Sequence record: PV800129.1
Source of the DNA: Pseudomonas phage TIETA
Reading direction: 5' to 3' (one strand)
Length of the DNA: 64,000 bases
A program made the translations under genes and the position numbers. Below the pieces are notes generated by a model. It was not told the DNA's origin, did not search any database, and saw nothing but the letters and a program-made list of their open reading frames with translations. Below are positions 27,931 through 37,889 of the stretch, piece after piece. Position 1 is the stretch's first letter; every line of letters begins with the position of its first letter.

Positions 27931-29793
27931 ATGTCCAAAATGACCGTGGCCCAAATTGCGGCTATGCACGGTATCGATCTGTATTCTGACCACAAGACTG
28001 CTTGTCCCCAATGCCGGAAGAAAGGCGCTGACAACAGCGGAGACAACCTAAAGGTCTATGGTACTGATCGTAATACCGGGGAACACAAAGGTGCCTATTG
28101 TTGGGCGTGTGGGTACACCTTGCTCTCTGAAGAGCAGGAAAGAGACGCCCGGGGAGAAGACGAAGAGGAGTGGAATTTCGTGGGAACTGAATTTAACGCA
28201 GAGATCAACGCTCAAATTAAAGAGCAATGCTCGTATGATCCGCGTGGTTATCGTGGCTTGTCTAAAGAGACTTGCCAGTATTTCGGAGTGCTACATGGTT
28301 TCGACCCGGAGACTGGCGAGATTGCAACTCAGCTATATCCTACTACTACTAATTATGAACTCACTGGCTACAAACAGCGGATCATGCCGAAGAACTTCTC
28401 AGAGCCTATCGGCGAGACCGGGAAGGATTGCGAGCTTTTTGGTCAGTTCAGGTTCAAGAATAGCAACAGCAAGAAGGTGCTTATTGTAGGCGGTGAGGTT
28501 GACCAGCTATCAGCATTCCAGATGCTCAAGGAGTATGATGACCGGCGAGCAGGCGGTAAGAGTGATTATGAACCGACTCCAGTGGTCAGCCCTACTATCG
28601 GTGAGAGTGGGGCATGGAAGCAGCTACAGGCTCAGTATGAGTGGCTAGACCGGTTCGAGCAAATCATTCTCTGTTTCGACAGCGATGACGCAGGACGAGA
28701 GGCAGCAGACAAGGCAGCCGATAAGCTTCCGAAGGGCAAGGTGTTCATGATGGAAATGAACCGTAAAGACCCTAACGAGTATTTGAAAGCTGGGCGTCAA
28801 TCGGAGTTTGTCAGTGCATTCTATCGAGCCCGTACATGGACCCCTAGCGGTATTGTAGGGTCTGATGCACTCGACGCTCGAATGTATGAAGCTGTGCAGG
28901 TTGAGAAGATTCCTCTGCCACCGTTCGCTAAGAAGCTCCAGAAGGCTATGGCAGGAGGCATCCCGTTGGGCCGGATTGTGAATATCGGCGCTGCATCGGG
29001 CATGGGTAAATCTACTGTAGTGGATGAGTTCACTCTGTTTTGGATTTATAACTCGCCTCATATGCCGGGTACTGTGACTCTGGAATCGGACTGCGGGGAG
29101 TACGCAATCAAGCTGCTGAGCCGTAAGGTAGGTGAGAAGGCAGACTTGTACGAGACCGTTGAAGAGAAAGTGGCGTTCCTTGATCGGCACCGTGACGCTC
29201 GGTACGACTTGTGGCACAAGGAAGACGGAAGCCCACGCTTCTATCTGATCGATGACCGAGACGGAAGCCTAGCAGCCCTCAAGGCTCAAATCGAACAACT
29301 GATTATTCAGTTTGAGTGCCGTGTTATTATTCTGGACCCGCTTCAGGATATTCTGGACGGATTGAGCAACGAAGAGCAGTCGGTATTCATGCGCTGGCAA
29401 AAGGGTATGACCAAGAGCCACCGAGTGACGTTCATCAACATCAACCACGTCCGTAAGAGTGGTGGTGGTCAGAAGGCTAACTCGGCAGGTGCTGAACTGT
29501 ACGAAGAAGATTTCCAAGGGTCTTCGTCCATCTTCAAATCTGGTGCAGCTAACATTCTGATGTGGCGGAACAAGGACGCGGAGAACGAGTTCGAAAAGAA
29601 CCTGATTAACGTGAAGCTCTCTAAGTGCCGATGGACTGGCCGCACTGGAATGATGGGCAATTGGTACTACGACGTTGAGACTCATACAATCTGGGACTTG
29701 GACGACTATCTGGACCGATACCCTGACAAGCGCCGTGAATACGAGGCTTGGATGGCTCAGAAGGAAGAGGAAGGCCGGGACACGGAATACTAA
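27931..29793 (+). CDS. DNA primase/helicase (T7 gp4-like)
   Basis: 620 aa; N-terminal Cys4 zinc ribbon (CPQC...CWAC), Walker A GMGKST, DnaB-like helicase C-terminal half; RBS AAGGAGG. Confidence 0.85.
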   Translation: MSKMTVAQIAAMHGIDLYSDHKTACPQCRKKGADNSGDNLKVYGTDRNTGEHKGAYCWACGYTLLSEEQERDARGEDEEEWNFVGTEFNAEINAQIKEQCSYDPRGYRGLSKETCQYFGVLHGFDPETGEIATQLYPTTTNYELTGYKQRIMPKNFSEPIGETGKDCELFGQFRFKNSNSKKVLIVGGEVDQLSAFQMLKEYDDRRAGGKSDYEPTPVVSPTIGESGAWKQLQAQYEWLDRFEQIILCFDSDDAGREAADKAADKLPKGKVFMMEMNRKDPNEYLKAGRQSEFVSAFYRARTWTPSGIVGSDALDARMYEAVQVEKIPLPPFAKKLQKAMAGGIPLGRIVNIGAASGMGKSTVVDEFTLFWIYNSPHMPGTVTLESDCGEYAIKLLSRKVGEKADLYETVEEKVAFLDRHRDARYDLWHKEDGSPRFYLIDDRDGSLAALKAQIEQLIIQFECRVIILDPLQDILDGLSNEEQSVFMRWQKGMTKSHRVTFININHVRKSGGGQKANSAGAELYEEDFQGSSSIFKSGAANILMWRNKDAENEFEKNLINVKLSKCRWTGRTGMMGNWYYDVETHTIWDLDDYLDRYPDKRREYEAWMAQKEEEGRDTEY

Positions 29794-29795
29794 GG

Positions 29796-29824
29796 TTGAC
29801 AGAGGGGTGATGCTTATGTATCAT
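29796..29824 (+). promoter_or_regulatory. sigma70-type promoter upstream of DNA polymerase
   Basis: TTGACA-17-TATCAT. Confidence 0.45.
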
Positions 29825-29853
29825 CCCTTTCGTCGTTTACAGGAGGAAAGGAA

Positions 29854-32568
29854 ATGCAACAACGATTTGAAACAATCGAGCAATACCTCGAATGGATGGG
29901 AAATAACAATTTCACCAACATGACTTGGGATATCGAGGCCACAGGCCTGTTGGATGAAACGTCTATCGATTACACTGCCAGCCCCTACAAGATTAAGCCT
30001 AGCTACAAACACCACTGCATTGTAGTGGAGGAGCACGGTGGCAATATTCTGGCATTCTACGATGGGCCGACCTACGTCTTTGACGGGCGAGAGTACACTG
30101 AGAGACTGCCGAAAGCGTCTTCCATGCTCCACACTGAAGAAGTTGTGACTCTCAAGGACTACACTCCGGTAGAGTATATTCACCTGCCGCTGAAAGAGTT
30201 CAAGAACTATGTGGCCAAGCGTCGGATCAAGCGCGTAGTGGCTCACAACATGATTAACTTCGACCTTATGTCGATGAAGCTTGTGGAAGATATGGACTTC
30301 ACTATCGGCGTAGAGCACAGGGATGGCGGTCTGACTACGTGGTCTGCTGACACTTGGATGGGCAAGCAAGTGGTATTCGACGATACCCTCGTTATCTCCA
30401 AGACTTGTAACCCTGACCTGTTCGGCGGTCACAGTCTGGATAAGCTGTCTCGTCGTGCAGGTGGTGACACCAAGATTGACTTCCGTAAGCATTTGGCACC
30501 GGATGTTCGATTCCTCGACTTCGCAGCCGATATGCTCTACTACTGTATCTATGACGTAAAGGCGAACACCGCTGTATGGCATTGGTTGCAGGACCACGAA
30601 GATTACCAACTGTCCGACCGTGACAACTACATCAAGAATTGGCTGTCCCCGATTCAGTTGGAGAAGAAGGTTGCAGAGATCATCACCTATCAGGAGCACC
30701 GAGGGTTTGTTCTGAATGTTGATCTCTGTGAAAAAGCTGTGAAAGACTTGGACGCCAAGATGGAAGAGCGTCGGGCCCGGGTGGAACCTGTGCTTCCTCC
30801 TCGACCGGCAACCAAGAAATTCATGGCAGACTACACTCCACCTGTTCGACAGTTCAAGAAGAACGGGGAGATCACCACTTACCTACAGAAGTTCATTGAA
30901 AAGATCGGCGCTCAATTGAAAGAGGGCGACGACAGAACCATGATCTTTGAGGGTAAGGAGTACAAGCTGCCTCTCCCGGCAGACGTACCGCTGAAGACGG
31001 AAATGCCTGCTAAGATCGGGGACACAACTCACATCAAGCAATGGCTTATGGGTGAGTTTGGTTGGATTCCATCAGAGTGGAAAGAGACTGATCTGACTGT
31101 GGATCAGAAGAAGATCAAGCTTCCGATGGAAAACATCGTTGCTAAGATCGATCGCTGGCTGGATGTAACGTATAGCACAGCGTACAAGGAAGAGCGGCTG
31201 GACGGGTTCGGGGATTACATGAAGATCACCCCTCGTAGCACCCGCGCGTATGTACGTCAGAGGTTGATTGATCGTGCAAGCAAGGGGGGCTGTAAGGTTC
31301 TCACTAACCCTAGCTTCACAAAGGGCCAAGAGAAAGAAATGTGTCCAGACCTCGAACGCATTGCAGAACAGTTTCCGTTCGCGAAGGATGTGATTGAGTA
31401 CCTGACCTTTAAGCACCGCCGTAGTGCTATTCTCGGTGGCGGCATGGACTGGGACGAAATGGAGGATGGAGAGGAGCCGGAAAAAGGTTACCTTGCAAGC
31501 ATTCGTCAGGACGGCAGGATTCCCACGCCTGCTGACACTTGCGGGGCTGCTACTAGCCGGATGAAGCACCGGAAGGTTGCTAACGTTCCTCGGATCACCT
31601 CGTTGTACGGGGCTGAGCTTCGAGAGTTGTTTGGGGTTGGAGATGGGTTCTTCCAAATTGGATACGACTTCGATTCCTTGGAAGCACGTAAAGAGTCGGC
31701 CTACTGCGATCAGTACGATCCGACAAAGGAATATTGCAAATCTCTTATGATGGAGAAGCCATTTGACGTTCACACAATGATGGCTAAGCGTATTTCTGAG
31801 ATCATTGGTCGCCAATTTAACCGATCTCCTGCGAAAAACGTAAAATACGGGTGTACGTACGGTGCTCAAGCTGGTAAAGTGGCAAAAACCATTGGTGCCG
31901 ATTTGCAAACGGGTCAACTGGTATTCGATGCGTTCTGGGATGCAGCATTCCCATTGAAAGCTCTGAAGGACGACCTCACCAAGCAATGGGAAGCCAATGG
32001 CAAGAAGTATATCATTGGAGTGGACGGTCGCCGAGTCCCTACTCGTTCGGCTCACGCTATCCTGAACAGCTTGTTCCAGAGTGGCGGTGTTATCTGTGCT
32101 AAACGTGCTATGGTGATTCATGACCAACTGCTGGAGAAAGAAGGTCTGAAGGTTGACTTTTTCAAAGAAGACTGGAAGAACAAGCCGGAATTCTGCCAAC
32201 AAATGATCGCGTACCACGACGAAGCGCAGTTGGAAGTTACAGCTAAGTCGGTCAGCTTCAAGATGTTCCCTTGGTCTCTTGTAGGCGGTAAGCCAGAAGG
32301 AGAAAAGGAACAGGAGGAGGCGGAGAAGAAGCTGAAAGCTCTAGCTCAGGCTTACAAGGACGAACAATTGGCTAGTACTGGCAAGGTGTGGAGTGATATC
32401 GCACACTACAGCAAAGGTGAAGGCGGGGTGTTTGTAGCTTACTGCCGCGCTGGAGAACTTGCCACGAAGGCCGTGAGAGCTGCGGGAGAGTTCTACTCTA
32501 CTCCTCTGGTGCCTATCGAGCTGACCGCTGGCTACATCGTTGGTCGATCTTGGAAGGATTGCCACTAA
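29854..32568 (+). CDS. DNA polymerase (family A, T7 gp5-like) with 3-prime-5-prime exonuclease domain
   Basis: 904 aa; exo motif WDIEATGL near the N-terminus; polymerase-domain motifs (RxxxKxxxYG-like) present; RBS CAGGAGG. Confidence 0.85.
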   Translation: MQQRFETIEQYLEWMGNNNFTNMTWDIEATGLLDETSIDYTASPYKIKPSYKHHCIVVEEHGGNILAFYDGPTYVFDGREYTERLPKASSMLHTEEVVTLKDYTPVEYIHLPLKEFKNYVAKRRIKRVVAHNMINFDLMSMKLVEDMDFTIGVEHRDGGLTTWSADTWMGKQVVFDDTLVISKTCNPDLFGGHSLDKLSRRAGGDTKIDFRKHLAPDVRFLDFAADMLYYCIYDVKANTAVWHWLQDHEDYQLSDRDNYIKNWLSPIQLEKKVAEIITYQEHRGFVLNVDLCEKAVKDLDAKMEERRARVEPVLPPRPATKKFMADYTPPVRQFKKNGEITTYLQKFIEKIGAQLKEGDDRTMIFEGKEYKLPLPADVPLKTEMPAKIGDTTHIKQWLMGEFGWIPSEWKETDLTVDQKKIKLPMENIVAKIDRWLDVTYSTAYKEERLDGFGDYMKITPRSTRAYVRQRLIDRASKGGCKVLTNPSFTKGQEKEMCPDLERIAEQFPFAKDVIEYLTFKHRRSAILGGGMDWDEMEDGEEPEKGYLASIRQDGRIPTPADTCGAATSRMKHRKVANVPRITSLYGAELRELFGVGDGFFQIGYDFDSLEARKESAYCDQYDPTKEYCKSLMMEKPFDVHTMMAKRISEIIGRQFNRSPAKNVKYGCTYGAQAGKVAKTIGADLQTGQLVFDAFWDAAFPLKALKDDLTKQWEANGKKYIIGVDGRRVPTRSAHAILNSLFQSGGVICAKRAMVIHDQLLEKEGLKVDFFKEDWKNKPEFCQQMIAYHDEAQLEVTAKSVSFKMFPWSLVGGKPEGEKEQEEAEKKLKALAQAYKDEQLASTGKVWSDIAHYSKGEGGVFVAYCRAGELATKAVRAAGEFYSTPLVPIELTAGYIVGRSWKDCH

Positions 32569-32594
32569 AACTGGAATTAAGCGAGGAAAGGGGC

Positions 32595-32623
32595 TTGACA
32601 GGCCCCTCCGCCTCCTATACAAT
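32595..32623 (+). promoter_or_regulatory. sigma70-type promoter with the -35 in the loop of a hairpin (AGGGGC-TTGACA-GGCCCCT)
   Basis: TTGACA-17-TACAAT; GGGGC/GCCCC stems flank the -35 immediately after the polymerase gene. Confidence 0.5.
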
Positions 32624-32657
32624 GGCCACATATTCACAACATACAAGGAGAAACACA

Positions 32658-33056
32658 ATGACTCTGGCTTTCATTATCTATCTGGTAATGACCGTATTCC
32701 CAGCCTTGTCGTCGGCTGGTAGCTTTGCCCTGATCGTCACCATCATCGCATGGGTTGCAGGAGGGTTCGTTTACTTGGCATCCATTGGTGGCCGAGAGAA
32801 TTCGGCAGTTAAAGCCACACTCAAAAATCACCTACGACCCTTGACATTCAAGCTGTTTCTACCGATCATTGTAATCGGTCATCTGGTCCCTTCGTCTGAG
32901 ACGGCATGGTGGATGGTTGGCGGGTACGCTGCACAGAGCCTCTATCAAGCGGACGCTACTCAGCAGGTTCTCAGCGAATCTACTGAACTGCTCGAAGCTC
33001 TGGTTAAGCGGGCTAAGAAAGAAACTCTGAAAGCTGTCGAAGGCAGCAGCGAGTGA
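32658..33056 (+). CDS. integral membrane protein
   Basis: 132 aa with 3-4 hydrophobic helices; RBS AAGGAG. Confidence 0.45.
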   Translation: MTLAFIIYLVMTVFPALSSAGSFALIVTIIAWVAGGFVYLASIGGRENSAVKATLKNHLRPLTFKLFLPIIVIGHLVPSSETAWWMVGGYAAQSLYQADATQQVLSESTELLEALVKRAKKETLKAVEGSSE

Positions 33057-33084
33057 TACGGTAATCACAGAATAGGAGGTATGT

Positions 33085-33252
33085 ATGAACACGGCTCGAC
33101 TCTACGTCTACGGCAAATCGTCTATGGTAGGAATCACTGTTGACAACAAGGCCAACCGAGAGTACTATACCTCTAAAGGCTTCGAGGTATCGGAGACACC
33201 GTTAGCCCATAAAAGCGTGGCTAACAAATACAAACAGAAAGGAGGTAAATAA
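33085..33252 (+). CDS. small basic protein
   Basis: 55 aa; RBS AGGAGG; stop adjoins the next start. Confidence 0.35.
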   Translation: MNTARLYVYGKSSMVGITVDNKANREYYTSKGFEVSETPLAHKSVANKYKQKGGK

Positions 33253-33253
33253 T

Positions 33254-33964
33254 ATGTCTGGTGTTATTCCCGGGACTATCGTCAAACTCACTCAAGTGGG
33301 ATGTGACGTCACCGTTGGCTGGCCAAAGGAAGCCCGATATGTAGGCGCATACGCAGTCGCAGTAGATGGACGCGATATCGGTCTCCCGGAAGGGGAAATC
33401 CGGTTCTGCTCCCTCCATTGGTCCATTGACCGAGACGTCAATGATGGACTTGGAGACTACCAATCGATGCTCGCTGACAACGACCGCTTCGAAATTGTAG
33501 CGATCCCGGGTAAGAAGTACTATGTTAAGAGCGCTGCCGAGCGCCCGGACTTGATCTCCCACTACTTGGTTACTTCGGAACCAGCTTTGTACGAGGGTTT
33601 CGAACCGTGCTGGCTAAAGAGCATGCTCGAAGGAGAGAGCCCATTCTGCATGCTCTTTAAAGGACGAGTTAACATCGGCGGTGATATTTCTGACGATCCG
33701 AAGCTCCAGACTCTCTACCCTGAATTGGTACTTGAGGAGTTCAAAGAAGAGGCAGAGGAGGCTATTGAAGCTCCGGTCAACGAAGAGAAGAAAGAAAAGG
33801 TTGCAAAGCCCGCTGTAATGGGTTATGCTGTTCTCGATGTAGACGGATTCCCGCTTAAGTTCACCATTACTCGCGAAGAGGCACGGTCCACTAAGCGTTG
33901 GTGGGGTGGCAAGGCGGAAGGCGTCTCGATTGTCAAACTGATTAAAGGAGAGGAGGTGCGCTAA
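33254..33964 (+). CDS. hypothetical protein
   Basis: 236 aa with an acidic Glu/Lys-rich linker; RBS AAGGAGG. Confidence 0.5.
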   Translation: MSGVIPGTIVKLTQVGCDVTVGWPKEARYVGAYAVAVDGRDIGLPEGEIRFCSLHWSIDRDVNDGLGDYQSMLADNDRFEIVAIPGKKYYVKSAAERPDLISHYLVTSEPALYEGFEPCWLKSMLEGESPFCMLFKGRVNIGGDISDDPKLQTLYPELVLEEFKEEAEEAIEAPVNEEKKEKVAKPAVMGYAVLDVDGFPLKFTITREEARSTKRWWGGKAEGVSIVKLIKGEEVR

Positions 33965-34065
33965 TGCGCTAATCCTCTTGCAGAATCCGGGAATGTCCGG
34001 TATGATCGTCGGTCAAGTGGCTGACACACTCGCCCAGTCTAGGGTACTTAAATAGGAGAAATAAA

Positions 34066-35070
34066 ATGGCTTTTAAACTGAACGTAACTACCAACACTCA
34101 ATCCGGCAACGGCGGCATCCGCAAGGAAGTCGATTGGGATGCTCTGAACAACCACGTCGTGGAAGCTGCTGGCACTGCCGCTAAAGCACGTTCGATCCCG
34201 GGTTATATCTCCGGCATCATCGACCTCGGCGAGCAAGAGCAGAACGATGCAGAGGTTGTGTTCACTGGCACTGCCGAAGATGAAATCCAAATCATCAAGG
34301 AATATCCGAACACTTACTTCAAGGATGGACTGGACAAGCAGACTCGCAAGCCTGTACGTCTGAAGTGCTGGCCGCAGCGCGATATGCAACAAATCGCGAT
34401 CACTGTGGACTTCCCTCAGATCGAGGTAGACAAGAGCCTGTACCTGACCGGTAACAGCAACAAGTCTCCGCTTCGTGTCCTGTACAACGGCGACTTTACT
34501 CTGCCGGGTCAGAAGACTAAGATTGTTGGCCGTCCGTTCACCATCAAGGAAGTGAAGCACCCGAACGGCAAATGGGCGTTCGCTAAGAACTCCATGCTGC
34601 ACAAACTGGCTGTAGCTACTGGCGTCATCAACGAAGACGAACTCTTCACCAAGGACCGCGTAGGCGAGCTTCTGGGTAAAGTGGCTCAGTTCCAAGTTCG
34701 AGTGTGGATGAAGCCGGGCAAAAACGACATGAAATTCCTCACCGAGGATATCAGTCTGGTCGGTATGGTGCCTGAAGGTGTTCCGGTTCCTGAACTGGAT
34801 GAGAAGTACATCTACGGCGTGAACCTGTATGGTGAGAACGACGAAGAGGCAGTTAAGCAACTGCGTGCCAACGTCATTAACACCATCAAGCGAGCCAAGA
34901 ACTACGAAGGTTCGGATATCAAGGCGATGATCGAAGCTGTTGAAGCTGCACGCGGCGGTAACCGCTCCAGCGGTGACAGCGAGGAACAAGCTGAAGCTAA
35001 AGAGCAGACTAAAGCTGCTCCTAAAGTTGAGCCGGTTCAGACCAACGTCGATGACGACATTCCGTTCTAA
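34066..35070 (+). CDS. single-stranded DNA-binding protein (T7 gp2.5-like, putative)
   Basis: 334 aa; highly biased codon usage; acidic C-terminal tail ending ...DDDIPF (terminal Phe as in gp2.5); strong terminator downstream. Confidence 0.5.
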   Translation: MAFKLNVTTNTQSGNGGIRKEVDWDALNNHVVEAAGTAAKARSIPGYISGIIDLGEQEQNDAEVVFTGTAEDEIQIIKEYPNTYFKDGLDKQTRKPVRLKCWPQRDMQQIAITVDFPQIEVDKSLYLTGNSNKSPLRVLYNGDFTLPGQKTKIVGRPFTIKEVKHPNGKWAFAKNSMLHKLAVATGVINEDELFTKDRVGELLGKVAQFQVRVWMKPGKNDMKFLTEDISLVGMVPEGVPVPELDEKYIYGVNLYGENDEEAVKQLRANVINTIKRAKNYEGSDIKAMIEAVEAARGGNRSSGDSEEQAEAKEQTKAAPKVEPVQTNVDDDIPF

Positions 35071-35082
35071 GGTTACGCGGAA

Positions 35083-35107
35083 GTAGAGGTAATAGAGGTA
35101 ATAGAGG
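35083..35107 (+). repeat. mini tandem repeat (GGTAATAGA x 2.5)
   Basis: gaggtaatagaggtaatagagg directly before the terminator hairpin; similar GGTAAT(T)AGG duplications occur at 39627-39641 and 48590-48608. Confidence 0.4.
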
Positions 35108-35124
35108 GGCTTCGGCCCCTCCTT
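35104..35124 (+). terminator. rho-independent terminator (UUCG tetraloop)
   Basis: GAGGGGC-TTCG-GCCCCTC + TTTC. Confidence 0.6.
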
Positions 35125-35147
35125 TCAAATTTCAAAGGAGGTAACAC

Positions 35148-35381
35148 ATGCAAATCAATCTCGGTCCTATTTTTCTTCTGGCTGCCATCATTCTGTGCGT
35201 ACTGAAGTCTGCCGGCGTACTCGCTATCTCTTGGACTCTGGCGCTCATGCCCATCTGGATTCCTTTCGTAATCATGCTGGTTGTTCTTGTAGGTTTTGGC
35301 GTGGTAGCTGGTGTGCTTTATGCCATTGGGAGCCGCAGTAAGGTTAAGTACAGTTTTAAAAACAACCTCCGAAAGAAGTGA
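35148..35381 (+). CDS. small membrane protein (2 TM)
   Basis: 77 aa hydrophobic; RBS AAGGAGG. Confidence 0.45.
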   Translation: MQINLGPIFLLAAIILCVLKSAGVLAISWTLALMPIWIPFVIMLVVLVGFGVVAGVLYAIGSRSKVKYSFKNNLRKK

Positions 35382-35390
35382 GGACCGATT

Positions 35391-35612
35391 ATGAGCACCC
35401 TAGTTATTGTTCGGGTACCTGAATACATTCTAAAAGGCCCCTCAGTACACAACCAGTTCAGCGGTGAGGTGTGGGAGCGAGAGCTTTTCAACGACTTGAA
35501 GAAAGCTGCGAAAAGTATCACTAAAGGAGAGCCAGCGTATGTTGCTCTCCCTAACAAGGTAAACCCTGAGACCCGACAACAAGAGTGGGACATTCAGGTT
35601 GTACAGTTCTAA
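35391..35612 (+). CDS. hypothetical protein
   Basis: 73 aa. Confidence 0.45.
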   Translation: MSTLVIVRVPEYILKGPSVHNQFSGEVWERELFNDLKKAAKSITKGEPAYVALPNKVNPETRQQEWDIQVVQF

Positions 35613-35617
35613 CCCAA

Positions 35618-35640
35618 GGGGAGCTTCGGCTCCCTTTTTC
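35618..35640 (+). terminator. rho-independent terminator (UUCG tetraloop)
   Basis: GGGAGC-TTCG-GCTCCC + TTTTT. Confidence 0.65.
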
Positions 35641-35654
35641 ATTGGAGATAAAAA

Positions 35655-36707
35655 ATGAGTGAAAAGGAAGAGGATATTGTCCTCATTGACGGCGACCTGA
35701 TCGCCTTTAAGTGTGCCAGTGTTAACGAGACTCGCTCTATCATCGTTAAAAACAAATTGACAGGGGAAGAAGAGACTTGGAAGAATCGGACGACTTGGCG
35801 AGAGAATAACAAGGACAGCGAAGGATTCGACGAAGACAACTTCGAAATTGAGGACCATCAAGACCCCAAGCACGTATCCTATGGTATCTCTGTTGTTAAG
35901 ACCATGATCGACCGAATCTGCCGCCAAGCTGGGTGCAAGCAGTTCAAGATTCTCCTATCAGGCCCTGATAACTTCCGTGACGCCATCCCACTCCCGAAAG
36001 AGTACGAGCTAACCAAGGGCAAAAAGACATTCACACGCGGTGGGCGATATAAAGGCAAGCGTACAGGTCAGATTAAGCCTCTTCAGCTAGGTCAGCTAAG
36101 GCAGTATATGATCGAAGCGTATGACACCATCATCCACCCCGGCGAGGCGGATGACTTGATGGCGGAGATGATGTATAAGAACGGCGTAAGCTACTCCAGA
36201 GGGGAGACCACTCAGCGCGTGATCGGAGCTACCATCGATAAAGACGCAGACGGCACTCTGGGATGGCTTTGCAACTACGAACGTGAGCCTGTTCAAGTCA
36301 AGTTCATTTCGGGCCTAGGATCGCTCTACAGGGACTCTAAAGGCAAGGTTAGAGGAGAGGGTAGGAAGTTCTTCTACTTCCAGCTACTATTCGGTGACCC
36401 TGTTGACTGTTACCGTCCGGCTGACCTGTGTATCGGGAAGGACTTCGGGGAAGTGGCAGCGTATAACATCATCAATCCCTGCGCAACGGACAAGGAGTGC
36501 TGGCAAGCGATCTACGACACCTACAAAGCGTGGTATCCTGAGCCTGTCACCTACACGGCGTGGGACGACACAGAGCACACTAAAGACGCTGTAGAGATCA
36601 TGCAAATGTACTGTGACTGTGCCCACATGCAACGCTGGGCGGGAGATAGAGTAGACTGTAGGGCTGTTATGGCTAAACTCGGGGTAGACTTAGGAGGTGC
36701 AGAATGA
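35655..36707 (+). CDS. 5-prime-3-prime exonuclease / flap endonuclease (T7 gp6-like)
   Basis: 350 aa; N-terminal VLIDGDLIAFK is typical of PIN-like FEN nucleases. Confidence 0.7.
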   Translation: MSEKEEDIVLIDGDLIAFKCASVNETRSIIVKNKLTGEEETWKNRTTWRENNKDSEGFDEDNFEIEDHQDPKHVSYGISVVKTMIDRICRQAGCKQFKILLSGPDNFRDAIPLPKEYELTKGKKTFTRGGRYKGKRTGQIKPLQLGQLRQYMIEAYDTIIHPGEADDLMAEMMYKNGVSYSRGETTQRVIGATIDKDADGTLGWLCNYEREPVQVKFISGLGSLYRDSKGKVRGEGRKFFYFQLLFGDPVDCYRPADLCIGKDFGEVAAYNIINPCATDKECWQAIYDTYKAWYPEPVTYTAWDDTEHTKDAVEIMQMYCDCAHMQRWAGDRVDCRAVMAKLGVDLGGAE

Positions 36708-37267
36708 GCGTAAGGCCTCGCCCTTGGGAAGACTTCCCGGGCATCTGGAAGACCGAAGCCGCGTTCTTGAGTTGGGTCAGAGGTGGCATTCGCCGCTACC
36801 TTTGGTCTAAGAACCCAGTCAAGCTTGAGTTTGCTAAATCCCGAAGAATCAAGATAGCCAACACCAATGAAAAGAGCAAGCTCAGGAATCCCACTGTATG
36901 GGGCTACGTATGCGAGCAGTGTGGAAAGGAAACTCCTCAAGCTAACGTCGAGATCGACCACAAGACGGGAGAATTCTCCCTGAAGCGAGTAGAGGATATC
37001 CAATCGTTCGTGGAAGGTGTTGTGTTTGTCCGAATGAAGGATTTGGCAGTGCTGTGCAAACCGTGCCATGAGATCAAGACATACGCCGAGCGCTACGGGC
37101 TAACCCTCGAAGAGGCAGATATCGTAAAGCAGGCTATTGCAATCCAGAAGAAAAAAGGGTATGATAAGGTCTTCTTGCAGGAGGTGGGAATCAAACCCGC
37201 ATCCAACGCAGAGCTTAGAAAAGAGCAGATCATTGAATACCTTAAGTCTAAGAAGGAGGGCGGATGA
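36704..37267 (+). CDS. HNH endonuclease
   Basis: 187 aa; CEQCG...EIDHKTG...CKPCHEIKT matches the HNH motif with zinc-binding cysteines. Confidence 0.7.
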   Translation: MSVRPRPWEDFPGIWKTEAAFLSWVRGGIRRYLWSKNPVKLEFAKSRRIKIANTNEKSKLRNPTVWGYVCEQCGKETPQANVEIDHKTGEFSLKRVEDIQSFVEGVVFVRMKDLAVLCKPCHEIKTYAERYGLTLEEADIVKQAIAIQKKKGYDKVFLQEVGIKPASNAELRKEQIIEYLKSKKEGG

Positions 37268-37662
37268 ACGAGGATCGGGTTTACATTGTAGTGAGAGACG
37301 AGGCACCAGAGTATATGGTGCCTACTCTGGTTGCACATAGCATCCTAGGGGCAGACATGGCAATGGTTCTCCTCGGGCAGGACCGGGCCGTTCCATCGAC
37401 GGACCTGCCGTCCCGTCCGTATATACATGCAGCGGCAAAAACCGCCATTAAGTGGGTGGAGTGGAAACAGTGGAGCTTCCGCAAGATCGTTGTACGAGTC
37501 TCTGACAAAGAGTACAATAAGATCAAGCAAATCCCCTTCGTATACGAAGGGTATGAGAGAACCATCTGCAACGGAGAGGGCTCTTGTTTAGTAGTGCCTC
37601 CTCTTAGCAAGGAGGAGACTCCGAATGTTCTTAAATTCGCAAAACTGTGGAGGCCTATGTGA
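37264..37662 (+). CDS. hypothetical protein
   Basis: 132 aa, ATGA-coupled. Confidence 0.5.
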   Translation: MNEDRVYIVVRDEAPEYMVPTLVAHSILGADMAMVLLGQDRAVPSTDLPSRPYIHAAAKTAIKWVEWKQWSFRKIVVRVSDKEYNKIKQIPFVYEGYERTICNGEGSCLVVPPLSKEETPNVLKFAKLWRPM

Positions 37663-37682
37663 GGGAGAAGTTTCTTAAAATC

Positions 37683-37889
37683 ATGCGAAAGCTACCGATC
37701 AGAGTACGAGCTTCTATCGTTCTGATTTGGATTGCTCTGTTCTTCTGGCTGCCAGTTGTAACAGCGCTCATCGCCGGAGTTATAGACTTCTTCTGTACCG
37801 CAAAGGATCAGTTGGAAGAGGGATACTCGGTACTCATTTCCGCTACTAAGGGAGCGATAGAGTGTCTTCGTACAGGGGAGGAGCTATGA
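37683..37889 (+). CDS. small membrane protein (start uncertain, GTG 37647 possible)
   Basis: 68 aa with a TM helix. Confidence 0.3.
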   Translation: MRKLPIRVRASIVLIWIALFFWLPVVTALIAGVIDFFCTAKDQLEEGYSVLISATKGAIECLRTGEEL

